From positions 1,240,285-1,304,284 of the forward strand of contig JAXGNN010000001.1 in assembly GCA_040767925.1 (NCBI GenBank): a stretch of 64,000 nt of DNA. Direction: 5' to 3'. A model generated the notes under the pieces. The model was not told the origin of the DNA. It did no database searches and worked only from the letters and a program-made list of their open reading frames with translations. The first letter of the stretch is position 1, and the number at the start of each line of letters is the position of its first letter. Both the position numbers and the translations under genes were made by a program. This document shows positions 19,426 through 28,956 of the stretch, one piece after another. The stretch comes from Christensenellales bacterium. Lineage in GTDB: Bacteria; Bacillota; Clostridia; Christensenellales; CAG-138.

Positions 19426-20058
19426 TCAATTACCGACTGCCCCCATCGCCCAAAGCGCGGAAAAGAGGATGAAGTCGTGGTCGGCGGCGAGGCCGCCCTC
19501 GCCCGGCTTCCCGTACGGGGCAGGTCGCGCGCCGAGGCCGTCGCAGACGACGCGCGCGCGGCACTCGATGCGCGCGGGGCCGGCGAGCGTGACGCGGTAG
19601 GTCTCGGCATGCGCGCTCCGCGCCTCGCGGACGATCCCCTCCACGGCGAACAGCGCGGCGTCGGCGGCGTCGTCCCCCGCGGCGAAGCGGAGGCGCTCCG
19701 GCGGCGCCACGGCGTAATATCCGGTCGAGATGACGCGGGTGCGCGGGTCGCGCCCGACGGTTCCAAAGGCGCCGAATTGCCGAAACGGCAGGCCGGCGAT
19801 GTTTGTTTCCTCCATAAGCTCGCGCGCGGCCGCGTGCTCGAGCTCCTCGTCGAATTCCACGAAGCCGCCGGGCAGCGCCCACTCCCCGATATAGGGGTGA
19901 TTGCGCCTTTTGATCAAAAGCACCGAAAGCCGCGGATTTCTTGTGAAAACCGCCACGTCGACGGTCGCGGACGGGCGGCGGTAAATATTCTCATCGTACG
20001 CGGCGAGAAACTCTTGCAGCGTGCGCCCTTCTTCATCGCGCGTTTCCGGCATTTTCAA
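19426..20058 (-). CDS. NUDIX hydrolase (ADP-ribose pyrophosphatase/NrtR-like N-domain)
   Basis: WALPGGFVEFDEELEHAAARELMEETN Nudix box, GRDPRTRVIS, LAADH. Confidence 0.88.
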   Translation of the reverse strand: MKMPETRDEEGRTLQEFLAAYDENIYRRPSATVDVAVFTRNPRLSVLLIKRRNHPYIGEWALPGGFVEFDEELEHAAARELMEETNIAGLPFRQFGAFGTVGRDPRTRVISTGYYAVAPPERLRFAAGDDAADAALFAVEGIVREARSAHAETYRVTLAGPARIECRARVVCDGLGARPAPYGKPGEGGLAADHDFILFSALWAMGAVGN

Positions 20059-20131
20059 ATACCTCCGCTTTTTTGGCTCTTTCGATTATATCATAACCGT
20101 TGAAAGGCAATATATATAATATGAAATACGC

Positions 20132-21055
20132 TTGGGGGATGATATAATGCGGAGTCAGAAGCTTTTCGCTTTGCAGGGCGAGGTGCGCGGCGCGGCGCGC
20201 CTCGTTTATGGGGATATGGGCGGCACGCTCGCGGTGGAGCTCGTCCCGCGCGAGGCGGACGGATACGAGGCGTGGCTGATTGCGGGCCGCGGGCCCGTTT
20301 TCCACGCGCTGCTCGGCCCCGCGATGACGGCCTCCGTCCCCGCGAACCTGCCCGACGCCGCCGGGGTGTTCATCTCCCGCGCGGGCAGGATCATCGCCAG
20401 CGGAAACAGCGGCCTCCCGCGCGCGGACATGGAAGCCGCCGCGCTGCGCGTGCAGCTCGCGCTCGCCGAGAGCGCAAAAATTCCGCGAGAAGCCGCGGGT
20501 ACAGAGGCTCCTCCTCGCGCCGCGGATGCGGGGACGAACGCAAACGCCGCTGTGAAACCGGAAGCCACAGCCGACGCAAAACCCGCCGCCAACGCGGCGG
20601 CGGCGCCCGCGCACAAAACGCCCCCCGCCGCGGGGAGGAAAAACACCATACCGGCGCATACGGTCGCAAAGACGCCTTTCTCCGTGCCGAGCGTGCAGGC
20701 GCCGGTCGAATCCCGCGACGCGCACGCGGCGCGCGTGCTGCGCGACGCGCACGCGGCGCGCGTGCTGCGCGAGGCGCACGCGGGGCCCGCGGTCAAAAGC
20801 GAGGCCGCGCTCTCGATCGTATCGACGGCGAACCGGCTCTTCAACCCGCGGGAGGCGGAGGAGTCGCAGAACGCCTTCGTGCAAGGCCGTGCGCCGGTGC
20901 AGAAGCCGTCCCAGCAGGGCGCGGGCCCGGGCATGAAGCGAAACATGGCCAACGCGCGGCAGCCCATGCAGCCCGCTCGAAAAAACGCGCCCGTTCCCCC
21001 GTTCGGTCCGCCGCGCTCGAAGGGGCCGCGCAACCGTTCCGGAAGGCCGCGCTGA
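20132..21055 (+). CDS. Hypothetical protein with Ala/Pro-rich low-complexity C-terminus
   Basis: ORF divergent from the NUDIX gene, with an AT-rich upstream region; start codon uncertain (20132 or 20147). Confidence 0.5.
   Translation: MGDDIMRSQKLFALQGEVRGAARLVYGDMGGTLAVELVPREADGYEAWLIAGRGPVFHALLGPAMTASVPANLPDAAGVFISRAGRIIASGNSGLPRADMEAAALRVQLALAESAKIPREAAGTEAPPRAADAGTNANAAVKPEATADAKPAANAAAAPAHKTPPAAGRKNTIPAHTVAKTPFSVPSVQAPVESRDAHAARVLRDAHAARVLREAHAGPAVKSEAALSIVSTANRLFNPREAEESQNAFVQGRAPVQKPSQQGAGPGMKRNMANARQPMQPARKNAPVPPFGPPRSKGPRNRSGRPR
20714..20783 (+). repeat. 27-bp intragenic tandem repeat (RDAHAARVL, about 2.6 copies)
   Basis: cgcgacgcgcacgcggcgcgcgtgctg occurs twice, followed by a partial third copy. 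Confidence 0.85.
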
Positions 21056-21145
21056 GCCACCACCAGATATGGTTGCCGCGCCGGAACCGGGGCACAACGG
21101 CGCCGGAATTGCCTGAAAAAACCAAGCTTTTTCGATGACTTTTCG

Positions 21146-21174
21146 TTGACATCCGGAAACCTGTGTGGTAGATT
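21146..21174 (+). promoter_or_regulatory. Sigma-A promoter for rpmG-secE-nusG
   Basis: TTGACA-17bp-TAGATT with a TG extension. Confidence 0.7.
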
Positions 21175-21265
21175 ATTGAAGGTATCCCCCGCGAGGGGGG
21201 TTTATTTAGGTACGTAGTTTGCGAAAGCGGCGGCAGCGTGCCGTGAAATACAGGAGGTTACCCAA

Positions 21266-21415
21266 ATGCGCGTCAAGATCACATTGGCCTGCACCGAGTG
21301 CAAGCAGAGGAACTACAATACTTTCAAGAACAAGAAAAACGACCCCGACCGGATCGAGTTCAGCAAGTATTGCCGCTTCTGCCGCAAGCACACCCCCCAC
21401 CGGGAAGCCAAGTAA
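21266..21415 (+). CDS. rpmG: 50S ribosomal protein L33 (zinc-binding type)
   Basis: [49 protein letters not shown]; AGGAGG RBS; below the ORF-track cutoff. Confidence 0.97.
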   Translation: MRVKITLACTECKQRNYNTFKNKKNDPDRIEFSKYCRFCRKHTPHREAK

Positions 21416-21430
21416 GCGGAGGGAAGCAGA

Positions 21431-21757
21431 ATGGCTAAGGAAAAGGAAAAGAGCAAGATATCCAACCTCTTCAAGCGCTGGGGCAAGTTCTTCCGCGAGG
21501 TTTTCGGCGAGCTCAAGAAGGTCACGTGGCCGACCACCAAGGAGCTTGTTTCGTACACCGCGACGGTGCTCGCCTTCATCGCGGTCGTCGCGATCCTCAT
21601 CGGGGTGCTCGACTTCGCCTTCAGCAACGGCTTCAAGGCGCTCAGCACGCTCGACCTCGGCGCCGGCAGCACGCCCGCCGTGACCGCGAGCGCGACCCCC
21701 GCCGCGACTCCCACCCCTGCGGCCGACGCCACGAGCACGCCCGCCGGGACCGAATAA
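21431..21757 (+). CDS. secE: Preprotein translocase subunit SecE
   Basis: FFREVFGELKKVTWPT motif plus a TM segment; lies between rpmG and nusG. Confidence 0.93.
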   Translation: MAKEKEKSKISNLFKRWGKFFREVFGELKKVTWPTTKELVSYTATVLAFIAVVAILIGVLDFAFSNGFKALSTLDLGAGSTPAVTASATPAATPTPAADATSTPAGTE

Positions 21758-21766
21758 GGAGAGGCT

Positions 21767-22285
21767 ATGTCCGAGGAAGCCAAATGGTATGTAGTCCATA
21801 CCTATTCGGGCTACGAGAATAAGGTCAAGGAAGATCTCGAAAAGACCGTGGAGAACCGCAACCTGCAGGATCTGATCCTGGAGGTGAAGTACCCCACGGA
21901 GGAAGTCGTGGAAATGAAGGACTCCAAGAAAAAGGTGGTCCAGCGCAAGCTCTTCCCGGGTTACGTGATGGTCAAGATGATCATGAACGACAACACCTGG
22001 TATGTGGTGCGCAACACCCGCGGCGTCACGGGATTCGTCGGGCCGGGCTCGAAGCCCATCCCCCTCACCGACGAGGAAGTAACGGCGATGGGCGTGGAGC
22101 ACATCCCCATCGAGCTCGACATCGTCGTGGGCGAGAGCGTGCGCGTGGTTTCCGGGCCCCTCGAGAACTTCATCGGCACCGTGGAGGCGCTCGATCCCGA
22201 GAGGCAGAAGGTCAAACTGGTCGTGTCGATGTTCGGCAGGAACACGCCGGTTGAATTGGATTACATCCAGGTGCAAAAACTTTAA
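21767..22285 (+). CDS. nusG: Transcription termination/antitermination factor NusG
   Basis: WYVVHTYSGYENKVK, FPGYV, and KOW-domain MFGRNTPVEL. Confidence 0.97.
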   Translation: MSEEAKWYVVHTYSGYENKVKEDLEKTVENRNLQDLILEVKYPTEEVVEMKDSKKKVVQRKLFPGYVMVKMIMNDNTWYVVRNTRGVTGFVGPGSKPIPLTDEEVTAMGVEHIPIELDIVVGESVRVVSGPLENFIGTVEALDPERQKVKLVVSMFGRNTPVELDYIQVQKL

Positions 22286-22433
22286 GCGATTGACAATTGA
22301 TAATTGACAATGGCTTATTCCGCAGGAAGAAAATCAACCTCATAATAGCTATTCACTATTCACTATTAGCTATTCGTTGATTCATCCCTCGAAGGCAAGT
22401 TAGGTGTATGCCCTTGTTACCAAGGGTTTACAT

Positions 22434-22470
22434 AGTGGGAGGCTCAAGAAAAAAGCCGCTCGCACCACAT
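22434..22470 (+). promoter_or_regulatory. Putative L1-binding autoregulatory RNA site upstream of rplK
   Basis: GTGGGAGGC...GCCGC...ACCAC motif, repeated before rplA. Confidence 0.55.
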
Positions 22471-22491
22471 TATATTTAGGAGGAAATTTCA

Positions 22492-22917
22492 ATGGCAAAG
22501 AAGATCACCGGCTTTGTAAAGCTGCAGATCCCTGCCGGCAAAGCAACGCCAGCGCCGCCGGTCGGTCCGGCGCTGGGCCAGCACCAGGTCAACATCATGG
22601 GCTTCTGCAAGGAGTTCAACGAGCGCACCGCCAAGGACATGGGCCTCATCATCCCCGTCGTCATCACGGTGTATCAGGACCGCACCTTCACCTTCGTGAC
22701 CAAGACCCCGCCCGCCTCCGTGCTCATCAAGAAGTACTCCGGCGTGCAGTCCGGCTCCGGCCGTCCCAATGTGGACAAGGTCGCCAAGATCACCAAGGCG
22801 CAGGTCCACGAGATCGCCGCCCTGAAGATGCCCGACCTCAACGCCGCGAGCATCGAAGCCGCGGAGAGCATGGTGGCCGGTACCGCCCGCAGCATGGGCG
22901 TCACCGTCGTCGACTAA
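22492..22917 (+). CDS. rplK: 50S ribosomal protein L11
   Basis: [22 protein letters not shown]. Confidence 0.98.
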   Translation: MAKKITGFVKLQIPAGKATPAPPVGPALGQHQVNIMGFCKEFNERTAKDMGLIIPVVITVYQDRTFTFVTKTPPASVLIKKYSGVQSGSGRPNVDKVAKITKAQVHEIAALKMPDLNAASIEAAESMVAGTARSMGVTVVD

Positions 22918-22927
22918 GGCCGATAGA

Positions 22928-22958
22928 TGTGGGAGGCCAAAGGCCGCTATTACCACAG
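22928..22958 (+). promoter_or_regulatory. Putative L1-binding autoregulatory RNA site upstream of rplA
   Basis: TGTGGGAGGCC-aaa-GGCCGCTATTACCACA. Confidence 0.6.
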
Positions 22959-22972
22959 GAAGGAAAATAATT

Positions 22973-23662
22973 ATGAAGCATGGCAAAAAGTATCAGGAAA
23001 GCGCAAAGCTGGTCGACCGCCAGAAGTTTTACGATCCGCGCGAGGGCATGGAAGTGGTGATCTCCACCTCCAAGGCCAAGTTTGACGAAACGGTCGAGGC
23101 GAGCATCCGCCTCGGCGTCGACCCCCGCCACGCCGACCAGCAGGTCCGCGGCACGGTGGTCCTCCCGCACGGCACGGGCAAAACCGTCCGCGTGCTGGTC
23201 TTCGCCAAGGGCGAGAAAGCCAAGGAAGCGCAGGACGCCGGCGCGGATTTCGTGGGCGACGACGACCTGATCCGCAAGATCCAGACCGAGAACTGGTTCG
23301 ACTTCGACGTGTGCGTCGCGACCCCGGACATGATGGGTTCGATCGGCAAGATCGCCCGCATGCTCGGCCCCAAGGGCCTCATGCCCAACCCCAAGAGCGG
23401 CACCGTGACGATGGACATCGCCAAGGCCCTCGCGGACATCAAGGCCGGTAAGGTCGAGTACCGCGTGGACAAGACCTCCATCATCCACGTCCCCGTGGGC
23501 AAGGTTTCCTTCGGCCCCGACAAGCTGGCGGAGAACCTCTCCGCGCTGATGGACGCCGTCATCAAGGCGAAGCCTGCCTCCTCCAAGGGCACTTACATCA
23601 AAAGCCTCGTGATCTCGGCGACGATGGGCCCGGGCGTGAAGTTCAACAGCCTCAAGTTTTAA
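22973..23662 (+). CDS. rplA: 50S ribosomal protein L1
   Basis: [37 protein letters not shown]. Confidence 0.98.
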   Translation: MKHGKKYQESAKLVDRQKFYDPREGMEVVISTSKAKFDETVEASIRLGVDPRHADQQVRGTVVLPHGTGKTVRVLVFAKGEKAKEAQDAGADFVGDDDLIRKIQTENWFDFDVCVATPDMMGSIGKIARMLGPKGLMPNPKSGTVTMDIAKALADIKAGKVEYRVDKTSIIHVPVGKVSFGPDKLAENLSALMDAVIKAKPASSKGTYIKSLVISATMGPGVKFNSLKF

Positions 23663-23669
23663 GCTTTTG

Positions 23670-23830
23670 TTGACAAGAAGCGGGGCGGTGTGATACACTG
23701 CCCCGTGGAAAATCAAATACGGTTCAGCCGAAGACAGCAGGTGCCGCGACGCGGCTTAATATCCCGCCGAGGTGGATTCGATGCGTATCAGCGCGTCCTT
23801 CATCCTTTGTCTTAGGCAAAGGATTTTATT
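23670..23830 (+). promoter_or_regulatory. rplJ promoter and L10 leader RNA
   Basis: TTGACA...TGATACACT, followed by CCGAAGACAGCAGGTG...TTAATATCCCGCCGAGG, the L10-leader pattern. Confidence 0.75.
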
Positions 23831-23848
23831 TTGCAAGGAGGTGAAACA

Positions 23849-24370
23849 ATGGCAAACATCAAGAACATCGAGATGAAAGCCAAGCAGGTCGAGGAGATCC
23901 GCGAAAAGATCGAAAAAGCCCAGTCCATGGTCGTGTTCGATTACCGCGGCCTCACGGTCGAGGAAGTGACCAATCTCCGCCGCGAAATGCGCGGAGCCAA
24001 CGTCGAGTACGTGGTGCTCAAGAATGGGCTTGTGGAGCGCGCGGCCGAGGCGCTGGGCATCAGCTCCTCCCTCGCCGAGCATCTCAAGGGGCCCTCCGCG
24101 TTCGCGTTCGGGTATAACGATCCCGTCGCGCCCGCGCGGATTCTGCGCGATTCCATCAAGAAATTCAAGAAGTGCGAGATCAAGGGCGGCCTCATCAACG
24201 GCGTCGTATCGGACGCGGCCGCGATGGAAACCCTGGCGGATCTGCCCTCGCGCGAACAGCTCATCGCAAGGCTTTTGGGCAGCATGATGCGGCCCGTATC
24301 CGGCCTCGCCATCGTGCTCGACCAGATCGCCAAGAAGATGGGCGGCGGCGAGCAAGCGGCTGCCGAGTAA
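23849..24370 (+). CDS. rplJ: 50S ribosomal protein L10
   Basis: DYRGLTVEEVTNLRREMR, VLKNGL, LADLPSREQL; AAGGAGGTG RBS. Confidence 0.96.
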   Translation: MANIKNIEMKAKQVEEIREKIEKAQSMVVFDYRGLTVEEVTNLRREMRGANVEYVVLKNGLVERAAEALGISSSLAEHLKGPSAFAFGYNDPVAPARILRDSIKKFKKCEIKGGLINGVVSDAAAMETLADLPSREQLIARLLGSMMRPVSGLAIVLDQIAKKMGGGEQAAAE

Positions 24371-24415
24371 ACTAGGCAAAACGAACAATCCAAACTATTA
24401 CAGGAGGAGAAGAAA

Positions 24416-24787
<372 letters not shown>

Positions 24788-24804
24788 GGCGTTTGCAGGA
24801 ATCG

Positions 24805-24838
24805 AAAACGGCCCCGATCGGAAGATGGGGGCCGTTTT
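24805..24838 (+). terminator. Intrinsic terminator after rplL
   Basis: AAAACGGCCCC...GGGGCCGTTTT. Confidence 0.75.
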
Positions 24839-24867
24839 GCCGTCTCCGAAAGACGGGGCGCATCGGC

Positions 24868-24960
24868 GATGCGGCGGGGACGGTTGGGTTTGTTCTTATG
24901 ATGCGGCGGGGACAGTTCTGCCGGCCGGCGGAAATGCGCCTGGCAAGCGGAACCGTCCCC
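24868..24960. repeat. REP-like GGGGAC(A/G)GTT...AACCGTCCCC palindromic repeats
   Basis: gatgcggcggggac(g/a)gtt occurs twice, then ggaaccgtcccc. The same motifs occur at 34983 and 56788-57030. Confidence 0.6.
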
Positions 24961-25032
24961 TGTTTTCCAAGAAAGGGCGGGTATGAAATCCGCCTATATA
25001 TAGATGCATATCCCCGGCCCATACGAAAAGAA

Positions 25033-25113
25033 ACCCCGCCGAACATCGTTCAGGCGGAGGCCGTTTCTTATTCCTAATAATGTCAGTTGTCAGTTTTCAA
25101 TTGTCAATTGCCC
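25033..25113 (-). repeat. Inverted copy of the 18496 composite heptamer/hairpin element
   Basis: ccccgccgaacatcgttcaggcggaggccg followed by (C/T)AATTGT-type heptamers. Confidence 0.8.
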
Positions 25114-27519
25114 GAAGTACAGCGCCACTTCCCCCTCCGTCATGTCGAAGACATCGACCGCGTCCGCCGCGAGGAGCCCCGCGCGGTCCGCCGCGCGGCC
25201 CGCGCCGTTTCGGACGAAATCGCGCAGCCTCTCCACCTGCTCGCGCCAGCCGTCCATGCTCCTTCGCCAGCGGGCGCACTCGTAGGGCATGTCGGCCTCG
25301 AGCTCCCTCTCCATTTCATCGATGCGGGCGAGCACGTTTTCGCTTGCGAAGGCGGTCGAAAGCGCGTACCCGACGCGCGCGAGGAAGCGCGCGCGGAAGG
25401 ACGCGTTCGTCAGGAGCGCGCGCATGACGACGTTGTTGTGCCCGCGCAGGTTTTTGCGCGCGCCGAGAAGTATGGTAAACGGGTTTCTCGCGGGAGGCTC
25501 GGTGAACGCCCAGTCGAGGTCGAAAAACACCACGCGCCACTTGCCGTCCCCCTCGGACGAGCGGATGTGGCGGATGTTCGCGAAATCGTGGTCCCCGCCG
25601 TATGCGCGGGCGATGTAGTAATCCATGAGGCTGTTCTCGTCGATGCGCGCGAGCGCGTAGGCGCACTTCCCGTCGTCCGACAGGTCGCCGTTTTTTCGGC
25701 AGTAATCGAGCAGCTCGAACCAGGTTTCCCCGTCGCCGCGGATGGCGTAATCCCAGCCCTCGATGACCGACACGGACTCGGGGGATGTGTTCAAGTGGGA
25801 GGCGACGTAGCCTTCCCGCACCCATTCGCGCACGAAGTAGATGCCGAAGTATTGCTCGTTGATGTAGAGGTCGACCGGCCGGTACGCCTGCACGTGGAGC
25901 GTATCCATATCGGCACGGCCGACGAGGGAGGTCATGAGCTCATCCCGGAAAAGGGCGCGCGCCTGGTCCTCGCTGCCGGAGCGCAGCACGAGCGCGTCGA
26001 AGGCGGAGACGCCGAGCCCCGGAAACATGTCGTACTCGAGCGAGCCTGCCCCGTAGATCTTCCTGAACTTCACGCGAAACGACTTCTTGGGGAGTTCCCG
26101 GCTGCCCGCGCCGAAGATGGACACGCCGCAGTTGATCGAGAATTCCTCCCGCCCGTCGATGAAAAGCGAGAGGTTTGCCCGCACCTCGCGGCTGCCAAGG
26201 TAGTTTTCATAGATGCTCCCGCCGCCCGTGATTGTTCCCCGCGGGGCCGTGAGCTTCAATACGGGGAGCGCGTAATCCGGCTCCCCGATGAAGTAGTTGA
26301 ACGCGACGGGCGCGGAGGCCGCCTCCCCGTCGTAGGCGCGGGCGCGCACGGCCAAGGTCGCGGCGATTTGAATGGGCGTCCCGTCGTAGCGCCTGCCGCG
26401 CGTCCGCGAAGGCTCGGCGCCGTTGAGGGTATAGTAGATCTCCCCCTCGCCCGAAAGGGTCAGTTCGACGGGGCCTTCGTACATGCCGGGCGCCACGGAG
26501 GCTTCGGGCGCCTGAAGCGGCGCGCTCCGGCCCTCCGCATTGTCTGCGCCGATGCTCGGCGGCTGGAAGACGGCGTAAAACTCCCCCGCGCGCCCGTAGC
26601 TGACGTTCGATTCGAGCGGCGGCACGAGGAGCGCGTCGGCGATCCTTCCGTCCGCCCCGGTGAGGTAGAGCGCCTCCCCGTCCGCGCCGATTTTAAAGCA
26701 CGCGCCGGAGGAATCCCCCGTCGCGGGGACGACGTAGACGCCGCCGGGTTCGAGCGCGATTTCCGGCAACCGCCAGAGAAAAAGGTCGTCGGCATCGTCC
26801 GAAAGATAATAATCCGAAAGGTCGATCGTCTCTCCTGAGAGGTTTTTCAATTCGATCGCGTCGGGCAGCGCGCCGTTATAGGAAAACGCGCCGCCGTTTT
26901 TCGAGAGCACCTCGTTGATGACGAGCCCGCGCGGCAGCGAGGCGCGGTACGCGGCGTACCCCTCCTCCGTGTTGGGGAAGCCGGGCGTCATAAAGGCGCA
27001 AACGCCCTCCGCGGCGTACGATTCGTTTGGCGCGAGCGCGGGATAGGAAAGCAGATCGGAGGTTTGCCCGCCCGCGAGCGTGACGACCACCTCTCCCCCC
27101 TCCTTGGGCAGGTTGAAGGGGATTTCCTCCCCGCAGTCGAGCACGAGGAAGCCACCCGCTTCGAGGGTCAGCCCGGGCAGCCGGCATTCGTAAGGGTGGA
27201 AGCGGTCGCGCGAAATGTAATAATCGGAAAGGTCGACTTCCCCGTCCGAGGTGTTGAACAGCTCGATCCAGTCCGAGAAGCCCGCGTTCGGATGCGTTTC
27301 GTTGTCCGCAGAAAGCTCGCTGATCATGAGGCTGGCTTCCGCTTCCGGGGCGAACTCCTGCGCCGGGGAAGCGGCGTTTGCCGGGGAAGCGGACGGCATG
27401 GGGGATTGCGCGGCTTCCTCCGCGGCCGCCGCGCAGCCGCACAGCGCGCAAACGAAAAGCCCTCCCGCGAAAAGCAGGGCGAAAGGGAGCAAAAGGCGGC
27501 GGATCCGGCGTGCAGGCAT
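25090..27519 (-). CDS. Secreted CotH-kinase family protein with lamin-tail and Fn3-associated domains
   Basis: Signal peptide; two LTD-like starts (ISELSADN...DWIELFN and INEVLSKN...IELKN); IYYTLNGAEP; CotH motifs LYINEQYFGIY, FFDLDWAF. Confidence 0.85.
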   Translation of the reverse strand: MPARRIRRLLLPFALLFAGGLFVCALCGCAAAAEEAAQSPMPSASPANAASPAQEFAPEAEASLMISELSADNETHPNAGFSDWIELFNTSDGEVDLSDYYISRDRFHPYECRLPGLTLEAGGFLVLDCGEEIPFNLPKEGGEVVVTLAGGQTSDLLSYPALAPNESYAAEGVCAFMTPGFPNTEEGYAAYRASLPRGLVINEVLSKNGGAFSYNGALPDAIELKNLSGETIDLSDYYLSDDADDLFLWRLPEIALEPGGVYVVPATGDSSGACFKIGADGEALYLTGADGRIADALLVPPLESNVSYGRAGEFYAVFQPPSIGADNAEGRSAPLQAPEASVAPGMYEGPVELTLSGEGEIYYTLNGAEPSRTRGRRYDGTPIQIAATLAVRARAYDGEAASAPVAFNYFIGEPDYALPVLKLTAPRGTITGGGSIYENYLGSREVRANLSLFIDGREEFSINCGVSIFGAGSRELPKKSFRVKFRKIYGAGSLEYDMFPGLGVSAFDALVLRSGSEDQARALFRDELMTSLVGRADMDTLHVQAYRPVDLYINEQYFGIYFVREWVREGYVASHLNTSPESVSVIEGWDYAIRGDGETWFELLDYCRKNGDLSDDGKCAYALARIDENSLMDYYIARAYGGDHDFANIRHIRSSEGDGKWRVVFFDLDWAFTEPPARNPFTILLGARKNLRGHNNVVMRALLTNASFRARFLARVGYALSTAFASENVLARIDEMERELEADMPYECARWRRSMDGWREQVERLRDFVRNGAGRAADRAGLLAADAVDVFDMTEGEVALYFGQLTIEN

Positions 27520-27667
27520 AGGCGCTCCGACAGGAAGGATTTACATCATCATACCACAGGCGACGTTTTCCGACAAATCCCGAAAACTTGACAAACCGGC
27601 GGCCCGAAAGGATAATATACCTAAACTTGGAACGATTTTAATGCATATCCATAGGAGGAGGCAATCA

Positions 27668-28864
27668 ATGGGCATCATCAAGGCAATCACCGGCGCCATA
27701 GGCGGCGCGCTCGCCGATTCGTGGCTCGAGGTCGTCGAATGCGGCGACATGGGCAGCGGCACCGTTTTCGCCGGCGGCGTGAAGGTGCGCCAGGGCGACA
27801 GGCGCAACCAGAACGTCAAGGGCACGGCGGACACGGTATCCAACGGCTCCATCATCCACGTCTACGACAACCAGTTCATGATGCTGGTCGACGGAGGCAA
27901 GGTGGTGGACTACACGGCGGAGCCCGGCTACTTCAAGGTGGACAATTCCTCCATGCCTTCCCTCTTCAACGGCCAGTTCGGCGACTCCCTCAAGGAAACC
28001 TTCCAGCGCATCAAGTATGGCGGCACGCCTTCCTCGGCACAGAGGGTGTTCTTCGTCAACCTGCAGGAGATCAAGGGCATCCGCTTCGGCACGCGGAACC
28101 CCATCAACTATTTCGACAGCTTTTATAATTCCGAGCTTTTCCTGCGCGCGCACGGCACCTATTCCATCAAGGTGACCGATCCGCTCAAGTTCTACGCGGA
28201 GGCGATCCCCCGCAACGCCGGGAACGTGGACATCAACGACATCAACGAGCAGTACCTCAACGAGTTCCTCGAAGCGCTGCAGAGCGCCATCAACCAGATG
28301 AGCGCGGACGGCATCCGCATCAGCTTCGTCTCGAGCAAGACGCGCGAGCTCTCGAAGTACATGGCCGACACGCTCGACGCGGACTGGAACCAGCTGCGCG
28401 GCATGCAGGTGCAGGCCGTGGGCATCGGCTCCCTCTCCTACGACGAGGAGAGCCAGAAGCTCATCAACATGCGAAACGCGGGCGCCATGCTCTCCGACCC
28501 CTCCGTGCGCGAGGGCTATGTGCAGGGCGCGATGGCGCGCGGCATCGAGAACGCCGGCAGCAACGAGGCGGGCGCGGGCGCGGCCTTCATGGGCGTGGGC
28601 CTCGCGATGAACGCCTCGGGCAATGTGGCGGGCGCGTTCTCCAGCGCCAACCAGCAGCAGATGCAGAATCAGCAGCAACAGGCGCAGCAGGCGGGCGGCT
28701 GGAAGTGCGCCTGCGGCGCGGACAACGGCGCCAATATGGCCTTCTGCCCGAGCTGCGGCGGCAAGAAGCCCGCGCAGAGCGCGGCGGCGTTCTGCTCCGA
28801 CTGCGGCACGAAGTTTGAGCCAAGCGCGCGCTTCTGCCCCGGATGCGGGAGGAAGCTGCAATAA
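27668..28864 (+). CDS. SPFH/YdjI-like protein with C-terminal double zinc ribbon
   Basis: MGIIKAITG after AGGAGG; NLQEIKGIRFGT, RAHGTYSIKVTDP; WKCACG...FCPSCG...FCSDCG...FCPGCG. Confidence 0.85.
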   Translation: MGIIKAITGAIGGALADSWLEVVECGDMGSGTVFAGGVKVRQGDRRNQNVKGTADTVSNGSIIHVYDNQFMMLVDGGKVVDYTAEPGYFKVDNSSMPSLFNGQFGDSLKETFQRIKYGGTPSSAQRVFFVNLQEIKGIRFGTRNPINYFDSFYNSELFLRAHGTYSIKVTDPLKFYAEAIPRNAGNVDINDINEQYLNEFLEALQSAINQMSADGIRISFVSSKTRELSKYMADTLDADWNQLRGMQVQAVGIGSLSYDEESQKLINMRNAGAMLSDPSVREGYVQGAMARGIENAGSNEAGAGAAFMGVGLAMNASGNVAGAFSSANQQQMQNQQQQAQQAGGWKCACGADNGANMAFCPSCGGKKPAQSAAAFCSDCGTKFEPSARFCPGCGRKLQ

Positions 28865-28879
28865 CTGACGATTGACAAA

Positions 28880-28907
28880 GAAGACCTCCGCCGCGGCGGA
28901 GGTCTTC
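28880..28907. terminator. Hairpin between convergent genes
   Basis: GAAGACCTCCGCCG CGGCGGAGGTCTTC perfect palindrome. Confidence 0.6.
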
Positions 28908-28956
28908 TCCCGTAAAACGGGCGACCGATCATCAAGGCTGAAAGGGGCGCGGGCGC

